A DNA stretch of 64,000 bases from TPA_inf: Saccharomyces (taxonomy: Eukaryota). The translations under genes were made by a program, and so were the position numbers. Position 1 is the first letter of the stretch. The number at the start of each line of letters is the position of its first letter. Below are positions 42,981-55,400 of the stretch, piece after piece. Below the pieces are notes generated by a model. It ran no database searches and was not told where the DNA came from. It saw only the letters and a program-made list of their open reading frames with translations. Location: assembly GCA_000146045.2 (NCBI GenBank), contig BK006948.2:544001-608000 (forward strand), read 5' to 3'.

Positions 42981-45281
42981 ATGAGTGAAGAGGAAACGGT
43001 CTCAGCCCCAGCTCCAGCTTCTACACCGGCCCCGGCTGGAACCGATGTAGGTAGTGGTGGAGCAGCAGCTGGAATAGCTAATGCTGGTGCTGAAGGCGGC
43101 GACGGTGCCGAGGATGTTAAGAAACATGGGTCGAAGATGCTAGTGGGGCCCAGGCCGCCACAAAATGCGATATTCATCCATAAGCTATACCAGATTCTGG
43201 AGGACGAATCGCTACACGACTTGATATGGTGGACCCCTTCGGGCTTATCCTTCATGATTAAGCCTGTGGAACGGTTTAGTAAGGCTTTGGCTACATATTT
43301 CAAGCATACTAATATCACGAGCTTTGTAAGACAGTTGAACATTTACGGCTTTCACAAGGTGTCGCATGATCATAGCAGCAACGACGCTAATAGTGGCGAC
43401 GACGCCAATACTAATGATGACAGCAATACTCACGATGATAATAGTGGCAACAAAAACAGTAGTGGCGACGAAAATACCGGTGGCGGTGTCCAAGAAAAGG
43501 AGAAAAGTAACCCCACTAAAATCTGGGAATTTAAGCATAGTTCTGGTATTTTCAAGAAAGGTGACATTGAGGGACTCAAACACATTAAGAGAAGAGCTTC
43601 TTCCCGTAATAACTCCTCAATTAACAGTCGAAAGAATTCTAGTAATCAAAACTACGATATAGATTCCGGTGCAAGAGTAAGACCCTCTTCGATTCAAGAC
43701 CCGTCCACCAGTTCCAATTCCTTTGGTAATTTCGTTCCGCAAATTCCGGGCGCCAATAACTCTATCCCCGAGTACTTTAATAACTCTCATGTAACTTACG
43801 AAAACGCAAACCATGCCCCGCTGGAATCCAATAACCCGGAAATGCAAGAGCAAAACAGACCTCCGAACTTTCAAGATGAAACACTGAAACATTTGAAAGA
43901 AATAAATTTTGATATGGTTAAGATTATAGAGTCTATGCAGCATTTCATATCTTTGCAACACAGTTTTTGTTCACAGAGTTTCACCTTCAAGAATGTGAGC
44001 AAGAAAAAATCGGAAAATATCGTGAAGGATCACCAAAAGCAACTTCAGGCATTCGAAAGCGATATGTTAACTTTCAAACAGCACGTCATGTCGAGGGCCC
44101 ACCGTACAATAGATTCTCTTTGTGCTGTAAATGCTGCCGCTACCGCTGCCTCTGTCGCCCCTGCACCCGCGCCCACATCCACATCTGCATATGCACCCAA
44201 ATCTCAGTATGAGATGATGGTTCCTCCAGGGAACCAGTATGTCCCGCAGAAATCTTCCTCGACCACGAACATCCCTTCGAGATTCAACACGGCTTCAGTG
44301 CCGCCCTCGCAACTTTTTGTACAATACCAACCGCAGTCGCAACAACATGTGACTTATGCGAAGCAACCGGCACATGTACCAAACTTTATCAATCAGCCGA
44401 TACCCATCCAACAACTACCTCCACAATATGCAGACACTTTTAGCACTCCACAAATGATGCACAATCCTTTTGCCTCGAAAAATAACAACAAACCGGGCAA
44501 CACGAAGAGGACCAATAGTGTTCTCATGGACCCGCTGACTCCCGCAGCGAGTGTTGGAGTTCAGGGTCCACTAAACTATCCTATCATGAATATTAATCCT
44601 TCTGTCCGTGACTACAACAAGCCTGTCCCTCAAAATATGGCTCCGAGTCCAATATATCCTATTAATGAACCAACAACGAGATTGTATTCTCAACCAAAAA
44701 TGAGAAGTCTCGGGTCTACAAGCTCTTTGCCCAACGATAGAAGAAACAGTCCTCTGAAGCTGACACCGAGATCATCGTTGAATGAAGATAGTCTGTATCC
44801 CAAACCTAGAAACTCTCTCAAATCCAGTATTTCGGGCACGTCTTTATCCTCCTCTTTTACACTAGTTGCCAACAATCCAGCCCCAATTCGGTACTCTCAG
44901 CAGGGATTGCTTCGCTCATTAAACAAAGCTGCTAATTGTGCTCCAGATTCGGTAACTCCATTAGACTCGTCTGTCTTGACGGGCCCTCCTCCAAAAAACA
45001 TGGACAATCTTCCTGCTGTTTCTTCAAATTTAATAAACTCCCCCATGAACGTCGAGCACAGCTCAAGCCTATCACAAGCAGAACCTGCACCACAAATAGA
45101 ACTACCGCAGCCATCTTTGCCCACAACGAGCACCACTAAGAATACTGGCGAGGCTGACAATAGTAAGAGAAAAGGGAGCGGTGTTTATTCTTTACTGAAT
45201 CAAGAGGATAGCAGCACGTCCAGTGCTGATCCTAAAACTGAAGATAAGGCCGCTCCGGCACTCAAAAAGGTTAAGATGTGA
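42981..45281 (+). CDS. SFL1: HSF-type DNA-binding transcriptional repressor/activator of flocculation genes
   Basis: 766-aa ORF with N-terminal HSF-like DNA-binding domain (FIHKLYQILEDESLHDLIWWTPSGLSFMI...FVRQLNIYGFHKV) and a long N/Q/S/P-rich tail. Matches YOR140W. Confidence 0.93.
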   Translation: MSEEETVSAPAPASTPAPAGTDVGSGGAAAGIANAGAEGGDGAEDVKKHGSKMLVGPRPPQNAIFIHKLYQILEDESLHDLIWWTPSGLSFMIKPVERFSKALATYFKHTNITSFVRQLNIYGFHKVSHDHSSNDANSGDDANTNDDSNTHDDNSGNKNSSGDENTGGGVQEKEKSNPTKIWEFKHSSGIFKKGDIEGLKHIKRRASSRNNSSINSRKNSSNQNYDIDSGARVRPSSIQDPSTSSNSFGNFVPQIPGANNSIPEYFNNSHVTYENANHAPLESNNPEMQEQNRPPNFQDETLKHLKEINFDMVKIIESMQHFISLQHSFCSQSFTFKNVSKKKSENIVKDHQKQLQAFESDMLTFKQHVMSRAHRTIDSLCAVNAAATAASVAPAPAPTSTSAYAPKSQYEMMVPPGNQYVPQKSSSTTNIPSRFNTASVPPSQLFVQYQPQSQQHVTYAKQPAHVPNFINQPIPIQQLPPQYADTFSTPQMMHNPFASKNNNKPGNTKRTNSVLMDPLTPAASVGVQGPLNYPIMNINPSVRDYNKPVPQNMAPSPIYPINEPTTRLYSQPKMRSLGSTSSLPNDRRNSPLKLTPRSSLNEDSLYPKPRNSLKSSISGTSLSSSFTLVANNPAPIRYSQQGLLRSLNKAANCAPDSVTPLDSSVLTGPPPKNMDNLPAVSSNLINSPMNVEHSSSLSQAEPAPQIELPQPSLPTTSTTKNTGEADNSKRKGSGVYSLLNQEDSSTSSADPKTEDKAAPALKKVKM

Positions 45282-45941
45282 TCTTTGCCTTTTTAATCTC
45301 TAGTTGTCTAAAAGTTCAAAGCACCTCACTGTATGTTTATTACCTTTGTTCCAATTACTTTTGTTTCAATTACTTTTGTTTCATTTCATTTTAGGTATCC
45401 CAACGGGTAATCATTGTTATTTATTTTATTCACTTTTTTTTCTTTTCCTCCTGATCCTTGTGATTATAACTATATTTTTACCAACTCCGGTAGTTGTTTT
45501 ATTAAGTTTTCATCACACTAAATTGTATTTTCCACTTTCATTTCCACCTTCCTTTCCCCTACCTCCCTTCAATTCGTATCATAATACCGCCCGTTCTTTC
45601 TAGTATATCACAGAATAGCTACGGGGTATTGTCTCATAAACAGAAAAATGCACCTTTCGATAAACTTCCTGTACAATAATTCTATAAGTATATATGTATG
45701 TTTGCTATTAAACAACCATCACAAAAAGACACCTTATTCTTTATGGACGCCTTCAAGTTGTGCTCCTATTCTGTAGTTGTTGCACCATGCATGTTACCAT
45801 CATAGCCGTCTAAGCGGGACTATTTCCTTTTGTTAACACCTATACTAATTAAACAGCTGGGGAAATTTTTATTCTATGCTTCGTTGATGTCTGCAAAGAC
45901 CTTTCAGAAAAAAAGATAACAAAAACTTCCATATGCATATC

Positions 45942-48587
45942 CTAGTACGTGAAAATACATTTATATTGTAAGATTCTACTCCCGTGAACATCCCAATCGC
46001 TGTTCGTAATAAACAGTTCTTCGACAAGTTTAATTTGCGCCAAAACGCTCGCACCTTTCCAAATTATTAGAGCGGGATTCATATCACGTGGTGGTGGGAT
46101 AATGCTCACTGGAAAAATGTGTTCGTTACCATTTTGGTGCTCAATATTTTGATGTTGCTCTTCCAGCTCTTCTACAATCTTTTCCTTGATTTGGGCTTGC
46201 AAAATTTGCTTGTTTTCATCTTCAGTCTTGTCAGGGGCATTTACATAATGACCTTCTAAATCTTTGATTTCTTTAGTCAGTTTTTTGTAAAATTGCGGGA
46301 ACGATGCCGAACTCAACAAAGAGGGCCTCCAAATGTTGATTCTATCAGTTAAAATAAAATCTAAAGCAGGTATTTTGGAACTGCCACCAACGATAAGAAT
46401 ATTCGAATAAAATGAGTTCATTCTTGTTACATCAGCTGTTATAGATGCATTGGCGATACTTTGAACGATAGCCTTTTCTAAAGGTGCAAAATTTTCCTTT
46501 AGAGTATTTCCATAGTTTTCAGGCTTATCCTGGAGTTGATCAATTATGTTATGGGCATCTAATATTCTGTTTAAGATCTTGAGATCGTCATTCAAATCAC
46601 AATACAAATTTCCCTCTTTGCTTTCGAATTGTGACAAGGAGTTCCAGTCATTCAATTCGTTTGTAAAGAGGTCACGAGATTCAGGCAACTGAAATTCTAG
46701 GCTGGAATTCTTGTGAGAGGAAGTTCGTATCAACTTGAAAATTTGTGGGAAAAATAAGGCCAATGGTGCTAACATAACTTCGTCGAACAGCTTGAATTCG
46801 TACTTTTCAGTCGGCTGATTGGGTGAGCGGTTCATAAAATTGTACAACTGAACGGCAACATCAGCATCTTGGAAAGTGGTGAAATTTTTCTTCAGCCGTT
46901 CAGCAAGAAGCCATCCATGTTTAGAATCGATCTTCCAATCCTGTAGGGGGAAATCACTTTGTAGCAAAAATAGAGCGAAGAGCCTTGTAATATCATCTCC
47001 ACCATAATCTAACGTAATTGCACTATGTTCCAAAACTGTTCCTTCATCAACACAGGCGATCCTGGTTTCAGCAGCGCCTATATTTACTACGCATGTGGAG
47101 GTACTGATCCCGGCACCGTAACAAGTCGCTAATGATTCTTGTATAATAGCGACTGCTTGAAATTGTAACTCGGTGAGTAGAACTCTAATGAACGTCTCTA
47201 CGTGACTTTTCTTGAATATGTCTGGTATCACCAACACGACCTTGTACTGATTAAATTTGGTAGGCTTAACGTTTAAAGTCTCTGAGTTAAGTGCATGCTC
47301 CAAAAGCTTGGTAACGTCTGAGATTAATTCTGCCAACGATTTATAATATGGTGACTTGACATTAAAAGAGCCACCTCTGAAAGGCTTTCTAATAACAAAT
47401 TTTTCGTCCACGCACCTCAATGCATCTGAACCATAGTATAATTTTGAGTCATCAAATATCCATTCTATAGGAGATGGATCATTTTTCTCTGAAATAATCT
47501 CAGGTTTGGAATTTTCATTGAAAGATACTACCTGTTCGTGAGCATTACCTGGTACCTTTCTTTTATAATACCTCATACGTTCTCTAAAATTCTTTTCCAT
47601 CTCCGACTTTATGTTGTTAAACTCTTCTGACTGTTCTCTTTGAAGGCAAACGTTTTCAACATGTTCACTATTTTCAAGATCCAGCCATTTTTTAGGTACC
47701 GCTACACAATTTGGAACTACGACAGGATGGTCATCTTTGGGAAATCCTATCTTTATAGAATTTGATCCAGGATGTATCACGATAGTTGCTGTTGGATCAT
47801 TTAGATCTATCTCGTCATTAAGTGGTGCTGCACTCGCTTCTGAGTGGGGCAAACTCTTTAAATCTATAACATCTGGTGTGTTGGTACTAGATATTTGGCT
47901 AGTGTTGTTATTTCTCAAAAATTTTCTATCTCTAAGTGCAAATATTTGATCGTCTTTTTTCAGATAATCTGATGAGTAGTTTTTTTGGTTGATTAACATT
48001 AAAGGTTGGAACAGGCCAGTGGCAGGTAAAGTAGTTGTCTCCACTTTCTCAATGCCAATTTTTTTCAACGTCTTGGCAAATTCTTCAGCAGCTTTAATAC
48101 GTCCTAGTCTCCTCTTCTCCAAAAGATGTAGCGGGACTTTCTTCCCGGGAGGTGCTTTTGCGGGATCTAGCTTCGGATATTTCTTATAACGTTTACTAGT
48201 CTGCACAGCAGGTGGTGCCCTCTTATCTCTAGAGCTCCCTAATTCATTTTCATTTTCGTTGGCATTATCATTATCATTTTCGTCCTCATTGTCAACATCA
48301 TTGTCGTCTTCGTCTTCATCTTCGTCTTCCCCTTCTTCATCTTCATCTTCTTCGTCTGCAACGTCTCTTGGGTCAACAGAAAGACCTGTTACACTTCTGG
48401 GTGTCTCAGATCCAACTACGTTATCGACACTATCGTCTGACTCATTCTCCGCATTTTCTTGATCCGCCTGGCTGCTTAAAGGTACGCTATTTTCTTCTTC
48501 CAGTTCATCCTCATCGTCATCATCCTCTAACGGAATATCAATGGGTTCCTCATAAATAATACTGGATTCTGCTTCTTCTTGCGACAT
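45942..48587 (-). CDS. ARP8: Actin-related protein of the INO80 chromatin-remodelling complex
   Basis: 881-aa ORF with acidic N-terminal extension followed by an actin fold with insertions. Matches YOR141C. Confidence 0.93.
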   Translation of the reverse strand: MSQEEAESSIIYEEPIDIPLEDDDDEDELEEENSVPLSSQADQENAENESDDSVDNVVGSETPRSVTGLSVDPRDVADEEDEDEEGEDEDEDEDDNDVDNEDENDNDNANENENELGSSRDKRAPPAVQTSKRYKKYPKLDPAKAPPGKKVPLHLLEKRRLGRIKAAEEFAKTLKKIGIEKVETTTLPATGLFQPLMLINQKNYSSDYLKKDDQIFALRDRKFLRNNNTSQISSTNTPDVIDLKSLPHSEASAAPLNDEIDLNDPTATIVIHPGSNSIKIGFPKDDHPVVVPNCVAVPKKWLDLENSEHVENVCLQREQSEEFNNIKSEMEKNFRERMRYYKRKVPGNAHEQVVSFNENSKPEIISEKNDPSPIEWIFDDSKLYYGSDALRCVDEKFVIRKPFRGGSFNVKSPYYKSLAELISDVTKLLEHALNSETLNVKPTKFNQYKVVLVIPDIFKKSHVETFIRVLLTELQFQAVAIIQESLATCYGAGISTSTCVVNIGAAETRIACVDEGTVLEHSAITLDYGGDDITRLFALFLLQSDFPLQDWKIDSKHGWLLAERLKKNFTTFQDADVAVQLYNFMNRSPNQPTEKYEFKLFDEVMLAPLALFFPQIFKLIRTSSHKNSSLEFQLPESRDLFTNELNDWNSLSQFESKEGNLYCDLNDDLKILNRILDAHNIIDQLQDKPENYGNTLKENFAPLEKAIVQSIANASITADVTRMNSFYSNILIVGGSSKIPALDFILTDRINIWRPSLLSSASFPQFYKKLTKEIKDLEGHYVNAPDKTEDENKQILQAQIKEKIVEELEEQHQNIEHQNGNEHIFPVSIIPPPRDMNPALIIWKGASVLAQIKLVEELFITNSDWDVHGSRILQYKCIFTY

Positions 48588-49050
48588 GTTAGGTGCGATT
48601 GTATCCCTGTATTTATGTACTATTGACTAGTAATTTACCTGAAAGTGTTTGCTACTTCGTGGGCGTTCATCATCTCCATTTATTCATATTGCCATTCTCA
48701 AATAAGTCATCTTGCACGGCCCAACCAGCGGCTGGATAACGGATCTACCCCAACCTCGGACCCAAAGTTGCTGCTATAAAAACAGAAACAAAAAAGGCGT
48801 TTCTCGAGACTGATATCCAGATGGTAATAGAGCCCTTAAGTGCTTTGCAATTGTCAATTAAGTATCCTTGTTCGAGAGTTGTTCACAGCACACTGCGTAT
48901 ATATAGGCTTACCACAGTTGGATTTAATCAAGCGATATAAAAGCTGGAAGGAGACAAGTTTCCCCTAATTGTTGTTCTGTTTGTTACTTACCACTCTATA
49001 TACGTTCGATTTCATAGAAAATTTCTTTTGCAGACCATTTATTCTTCAGT

Positions 49051-50046
49051 TTGATAATGTTAAGATCTACCGTTTCAAAAGCTTCTCTCAAAATTTGTCG
49101 TCACTTTCACAGAGAATCTATTCCTTACGATAAGACGATCAAAAATTTGCTGCTTCCCAAGGACACCAAGGTGATCTTTCAGGGGTTCACAGGTAAACAA
49201 GGTACTTTTCATGCCAGCATCTCTCAAGAATATGGTACAAATGTTGTGGGTGGTACGAACCCAAAAAAGGCGGGTCAAACACATTTAGGCCAACCTGTCT
49301 TTGCCTCTGTGAAGGACGCGATTAAGGAGACTGGAGCCACTGCCAGTGCCATCTTTGTTCCTCCACCGATCGCAGCTGCTGCCATTAAAGAATCTATTGA
49401 AGCTGAAATTCCGTTAGCTGTATGTATCACTGAAGGTATTCCTCAACATGACATGTTATACATTGCAGAAATGTTGCAGACACAAGATAAAACAAGATTA
49501 GTTGGGCCCAACTGCCCTGGTATCATTAACCCAGCAACAAAGGTAAGAATTGGTATCCAGCCCCCAAAAATTTTTCAAGCTGGTAAAATCGGTATTATTT
49601 CCAGATCGGGAACTTTGACATACGAAGCTGTTCAGCAAACTACAAAAACTGACCTTGGTCAATCACTGGTTATTGGTATGGGTGGTGATGCTTTTCCCGG
49701 TACTGATTTTATTGACGCCTTGAAATTATTTCTAGAAGATGAAACTACAGAAGGTATTATTATGTTAGGTGAAATAGGTGGTAAGGCCGAAATCGAAGCT
49801 GCTCAATTTCTCAAAGAATACAACTTTAGCAGGAGTAAGCCGATGCCGGTGGCATCTTTCATCGCAGGAACTGTTGCTGGTCAAATGAAAGGTGTTAGAA
49901 TGGGTCACTCCGGTGCAATTGTAGAAGGATCTGGAACTGATGCAGAATCCAAAAAACAAGCTTTGAGAGATGTTGGTGTTGCCGTCGTTGAATCTCCAGG
50001 TTACTTAGGTCAAGCTTTACTGGATCAATTTGCCAAATTTAAATGA
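49051..50046 (+). CDS. LSC1: Succinyl-CoA ligase alpha subunit, mitochondrial. Annotated start is probably the second ATG (49057, MLRSTV...).
   Basis: CoA-binding Rossmann fold and the phosphohistidine loop MGHSGAI. About 330 aa; matches YOR142W. Confidence 0.93.
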   Translation: MIMLRSTVSKASLKICRHFHRESIPYDKTIKNLLLPKDTKVIFQGFTGKQGTFHASISQEYGTNVVGGTNPKKAGQTHLGQPVFASVKDAIKETGATASAIFVPPPIAAAAIKESIEAEIPLAVCITEGIPQHDMLYIAEMLQTQDKTRLVGPNCPGIINPATKVRIGIQPPKIFQAGKIGIISRSGTLTYEAVQQTTKTDLGQSLVIGMGGDAFPGTDFIDALKLFLEDETTEGIIMLGEIGGKAEIEAAQFLKEYNFSRSKPMPVASFIAGTVAGQMKGVRMGHSGAIVEGSGTDAESKKQALRDVGVAVVESPGYLGQALLDQFAKFK

Positions 50047-50353
50047 TTATATTAGGAAGAGAATGAACTGCTTTCAAAAGAGGAAGACTTCTATGTCTCG
50101 ATTATTGCTTAGACAAGTATGGAGCTGACATCCGTTTTCTTTTCAGAGCTTTTACTCAACATTCTATGTTAATTTTTCCCTTTGTATATATTCATTTATC
50201 CTTATAAATTCTACTAAAAATCTTTTAATAGTGTTTGTATTTAATGTTCTTCTTAACAAGGGTATACATAAAGGTTGATTAAAGCTTAATAATTGAAATG
50301 GAAAAAAAAATAACAAAACGTCTGAATTTCCTAGTCTGTTTTGCAAAAACAGA

Positions 50354-50425
50354 TGCGCAAGCCGGGAATCGAACCCGGGCCTCATGCTTGGGAAGCATAA
50401 ATTCTAACCACTGAACCACTTGCGC
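50354..50425 (-). tRNA. tG(CCC): tRNA-Gly (anticodon CCC), 72 nt, no intron
   Basis: Minus-strand sequence GCGCAAGTGGTTCAGTGGTTAGAATTTATGCTTCCCAAGCATGAGGCCCGGGTTCGATTCCCGGCTTGCGCA folds as a cloverleaf: acceptor GCGCAAG/CTTGCGC, anticodon stem UAUGC/GCAUG, loop UUCCCAA. Flanked by AAAA on the + strand, which is a T-run on the minus strand. Confidence 0.88.
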
Positions 50426-50510
50426 GTTTCAATCAATTTGGGAAGACTCAGCACGTTATATACTATTAATGAAAAATTTCCTTCTTAGTAATGACACTGA
50501 TAAATAGGTA

Positions 50511-50820
50511 AGTGTTGGAATTAAAATCAACTATCGTCTAACAACTAGTAGTCACACTACCAATATATTATCATACACGGTGTTAGACGATGACATAAGA
50601 TATGAGAAACTGTCATCGAAGTTAGACGAAGCTGAAATGCAAGGATTGATAACGTAATAGGATAATAAAACATATAGAACAGAAGGAGAAATAATCATAG
50701 TATTATTATGTAGAAATATAGATTCCTTTTTGAGGACTCCTATATCCTCGAGGAGAACTACACATAATATTATATATAACCTTTGCCAAAAAAAGGAATG
50801 CCAAAAATTATCAAACTATT
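50511..50820 (+). mobile_element. Older solo delta (Ty1/Ty2 LTR), disrupted near its 3' end by the full-length Ty1. A remnant of about 25-35 bp probably resumes after 56739.
   Basis: Starts TGTTGGAATTAAAATCAACTATCGTCTAACAACTAGTAG and is about 90% similar to the adjacent Ty1 LTR. Its last 5 bp CTATT are duplicated at 56735..56739. Confidence 0.8.
50816..50820. repeat. Target-site duplication CTATT (left copy); right copy at 56735..56739
   Basis: The same 5-mer immediately flanks both LTR ends. Ty1 integrase makes 5-bp TSDs. Confidence 0.85.
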
Positions 50821-51111
50821 TGTTGGAATAAAAATCCACTATCGTCTATCAACTAATAGTTATATTATCAATATATTATCATATACGGTGTTAAGATGAT
50901 GACATAAGTTATGAGAAGCTGTCATCGAAGTTAGAGGAAGCTGAAGTGCAAGGATTGATAATGTAATAGGATAATGAAACATATAAAACGGAATGAGGAA
51001 TAATCGTAATATTAGTATGTAGAAATATAGATTCCATTTTGAGGATTCCTATATCCTCGAGGAGAACTTCTAGTATATTCTGTATACCTAATATTATAGC
51101 CTTTATCAACA

Positions 51112-52434
51112 ATGGAATCCCAACAATTATCTAATTACCCACATATATCTCATGGTAGCGCCTGTGCTTCGGTTACTTCTAAGGAAGTCCACACAAATCA
51201 AGATCCGTTAGACGTTTCAGCTTCCAAAATTCAAGAATATGATAAGGCTTCCACTAAGGCTAACTCTCAACAGACAACAACACCTGCTTCATCAGCTGTT
51301 CCAGAGAACCCCCATCATGCCTCTCCTCAACCTGCTTCAGTACCACCTCCACAGAATGGGCCGTACCCACAGCAGTGCATGATGACCCAAAACCAAGCCA
51401 ATCCATCTGGTTGGTCATTTTACGGACACCCATCTATGATTCCGTATACACCTTATCAAATGTCGCCTATGTACTTTCCACCTGGGCCACAATCACAGTT
51501 TCCGCAGTATCCATCATCAGTTGGAACGCCTCTGAGCACTCCATCACCTGAGTCAGGTAATACATTTACTGATTCATCCTCAGCGGACTCTGATATGACA
51601 TCCACTAAAAAATATGTCAGACCACCACCAATGTTAACCTCACCTAATGACTTTCCAAATTGGGTTAAAACATACATCAAATTTTTACAAAACTCGAATC
51701 TCGGTGGTATTATTCCGACAGTAAACGGAAAACCCGTACGTCCGATCACTGATGATGAACTCACCTTCTTGTATAACACTTTTCAAATATTTGCTCCCTC
51801 TCAATTCCTACCTACCTGGGTCAAAGACATCCTATCCGTTGATTATACGGATATCATGAAAATTCTTTCCAAAAGTATTGAAAAAATGCAATCTGATACC
51901 CAAGAGGCAAACGACATTGTGACCCTGGCAAATTTGCAATATAATGGCAGTACACCTGCAGATGCATTTGAAACAAAAGTCACAAACATTATCGACAGAC
52001 TGAACAATAATGGCATTCATATCAATAACAAGGTCGCATGTCAATTAATTATGAGAGGTCTATCTGGCGAATATAAATTTTTACGCTACACACGTCATCG
52101 ACATCTAAATATGACAGTCGCTGAACTGTTCTTAGATATCCATGCTATTTATGAAGAACAACAGGGATCGAGAAACAGCAAACCTAATTACAGGAGAAAT
52201 CCGAGTGATGAGAAGAATGATTCTCGCAGCTATACGAATACAACCAAACCCAAAGTTATAGCTCGGAATCCTCAAAAAACAAATAATTCGAAATCGAAAA
52301 CAGCCAGGGCTCACAATGTATCCACATCTAATAACTCTCCCAGCACGGACAACGATTCCATCAGTAAATCAACTACTGAACCGATTCAATTGAACAATAA
52401 GCACGACCTTCATCTTAGGCCAGAAACTTACTGA
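51112..52434 (+). CDS. TYA: Ty1 Gag (TYA), 440 aa; ATG lies inside the 5' LTR
   Basis: ORF track ORF at 51112..52434. Sequence matches Ty1 capsid protein. Confidence 0.93.
52414..52420 (+). promoter_or_regulatory. Ty1 programmed +1 ribosomal frameshift heptamer CTT-AGG-C
   Basis: In TYA frame the codons are CTT(L435) AGG(R436). AGG is the rare-codon pause site. Slipping to TTA-GGC continues into the TYB frame. Confidence 0.85.
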
Positions 52435-55400
52435 ATCTACAGTAAATCATACTAATCATTCTGATGATGAACTCCCTGGACACCTCCTTCTCGATTCAGG
52501 AGCATCACGAACCCTTATAAGATCTGCTCATCACATACACTCAGCATCATCTAATCCTGACATAAACGTAGTTGATGCTCAAAAAAGAAATATACCAATT
52601 AACGCTATTGGTGACCTACAATTTCACTTCCAGGACAACACCAAAACATCAATAAAGGTATTGCACACTCCTAACATAGCCTATGACTTACTCAGTTTGA
52701 ATGAATTGGCTGCAGTAGATATCACAGCATGCTTTACCAAAAACGTCTTAGAACGGTCTGACGGCACTGTACTTGCACCTATCGTAAAATATGGAGACTT
52801 TTACTGGGTATCTAAAAAGTACTTGCTTCCATCAAATATCTCCGTACCCACCATCAATAATGTCCATACAAGTGAAAGTACACGCAAATATCCTTATCCT
52901 TTCATTCATCGAATGCTTGCGCATGCCAATGCACAGACAATTCGATACTCACTTAAAAATAACACCATCACGTATTTTAACGAATCAGATGTCGACTGGT
53001 CTAGTGCTATTGACTATCAATGTCCTGATTGTTTAATCGGCAAAAGCACCAAACACAGACATATCAAAGGTTCACGACTAAAATACCAAAATTCATACGA
53101 ACCCTTTCAATACCTACATACTGACATATTTGGTCCAGTTCACAACCTACCAAAAAGTGCACCATCCTATTTCATCTCATTTACTGATGAGACAACAAAA
53201 TTCCGTTGGGTTTATCCATTACACGACCGTCGCGAGGACTCTATCCTCGATGTTTTTACTACGATACTAGCTTTTATTAAAAACCAGTTTCAGGCCAGTG
53301 TCTTAGTTATACAAATGGACCGTGGTTCTGAGTATACTAACAGAACTCTCCATAAATTCCTTGAAAAAAATGGTATAACTCCATGCTATACAACCACAGC
53401 GGATTCCCGAGCACATGGAGTCGCTGAACGGCTGAACCGTACCTTATTAGATGACTGCCGTACTCAACTGCAATGTAGTGGTTTACCGAACCATTTATGG
53501 TTCTCTGCAATCGAATTTTCTACTATTGTGAGAAATTCACTAGCTTCACCTAAAAGCAAAAAATCTGCAAGACAACATGCTGGCTTGGCAGGACTTGATA
53601 TCAGTACTTTGTTACCTTTCGGTCAACCTGTTATCGTCAATGATCACAACCCTAACTCCAAAATACATCCTCGTGGCATCCCAGGCTACGCTCTACATCC
53701 GTCTCGAAACTCTTATGGATATATCATCTATCTTCCATCCTTAAAGAAGACAGTAGATACAACTAACTATGTTATTCTTCAGGGCAAGGAATCCAGATTA
53801 GATCAATTCAATTACGACGCACTCACTTTCGATGAAGACTTAAACCGTTTAACTGCTTCATATCATTCGTTCATTGCGTCAAATGAGATCCAAGAATCCA
53901 ATGATCTTAACATAGAATCTGACCATGACTTCCAATCCGACATTGAACTACATCCTGAGCAACCGAGAAATGTCCTTTCAAAAGCTGTGAGTCCAACCGA
54001 TTCCACACCTCCGTCAACTCATACTGAAGATTCGAAACGTGTTTCTAAAACCAATATTCGCGCACCCAGAGAAGTTGACCCCAACATATCTGAATCTAAT
54101 ATTCTTCCATCAAAGAAGAGATCTAGCACCCCCCAAATTTCCAATATCGAGAGTACCGGTTCGGGTGGTATGCATAAATTAAATGTTCCTTTACTTGCTC
54201 CCATGTCCCAATCTAACACACATGAGTCGTCGCACGCCAGTAAATCTAAAGATTTCAGACACTCAGACTCGTACAGTGAAAATGAGACTAATCATACAAA
54301 CGTACCAATATCCAGTACGGGTGGTACCAACAACAAAACTGTTCCGCAGATAAGTGACCAAGAGACTGAGAAAAGGATTATACACCGTTCACCTTCAATC
54401 GATGCTTCTCCACCGGAAAATAATTCATCGCACAATATTGTTCCTATCAAAACGCCAACTACTGTTTCTGAACAGAATACCGAGGAATCTATCATCGCTG
54501 ATCTCCCACTCCCTGATCTACCTCCAGAATCTCCTACCGAATTCCCTGACCCATTTAAAGAACTCCCACCGATAAATTCTCGTCAAACTAATTCCAGTTT
54601 GGGTGGTATTGGTGACTCTAATGCCTATACTACTATCAACAGTAAGAAAAGATCATTAGAAGATAATGAAACTGAAATTAAGGTATCACGAGACACATGG
54701 AATACTAAGAATATGCGTAGTTTAGAACCTCCGAGATCGAAGAAACGAATTCACCTGATTGCAGCTGTAAAAGCAGTAAAATCAATCAAACCAATACGAA
54801 CAACCTTACGATACGATGAGGCAATCACCTATAATAAAGATATTAAAGAAAAAGAAAAATATATCGAGGCATACCACAAAGAAGTCAATCAACTGTTGAA
54901 GATGAAAACTTGGGACACTGACAAATATTATGACAGAAAAGAAATAGACCCTAAAAGAGTAATAAATTCAATGTTTATCTTCAACAGGAAACGTGACGGT
55001 ACTCATAAAGCTAGATTTGTTGCAAGAGGTGATATTCAGCATCCTGACACTTACGACTCAGGCATGCAATCCAATACCGTACATCACTATGCATTAATGA
55101 CATCCCTGTCACTTGCATTAGACAATAACTACTATATTACACAATTAGACATATCTTCGGCATATTTGTATGCAGACATCAAAGAAGAATTATACATAAG
55201 ACCTCCACCACATTTAGGAATGAATGATAAGTTGATACGTTTGAAGAAATCACTTTATGGATTGAAACAAAGTGGAGCGAACTGGTACGAAACTATCAAA
55301 TCATACCTGATAAAACAGTGTGGTATGGAAGAAGTTCGTGGATGGTCATGCGTATTTAAGAATAGTCAAGTAACAATTTGCTTATTCGTTGATGATATGA

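Noticed and set aside
42950-43342. Minus-strand 130-aa ORF overlapping the SFL1 5' end (YOR139C, dubious)
   Set aside because: Antisense to the Ala/Pro/Gly-rich SFL1 N-terminus. Compositional artefact.
50909-51112. Identical 67-aa minus-strand ORFs inside each Ty1 LTR (also 56491..56694)
   Set aside because: Their identity only reflects LTR duplication. No known delta-encoded protein.
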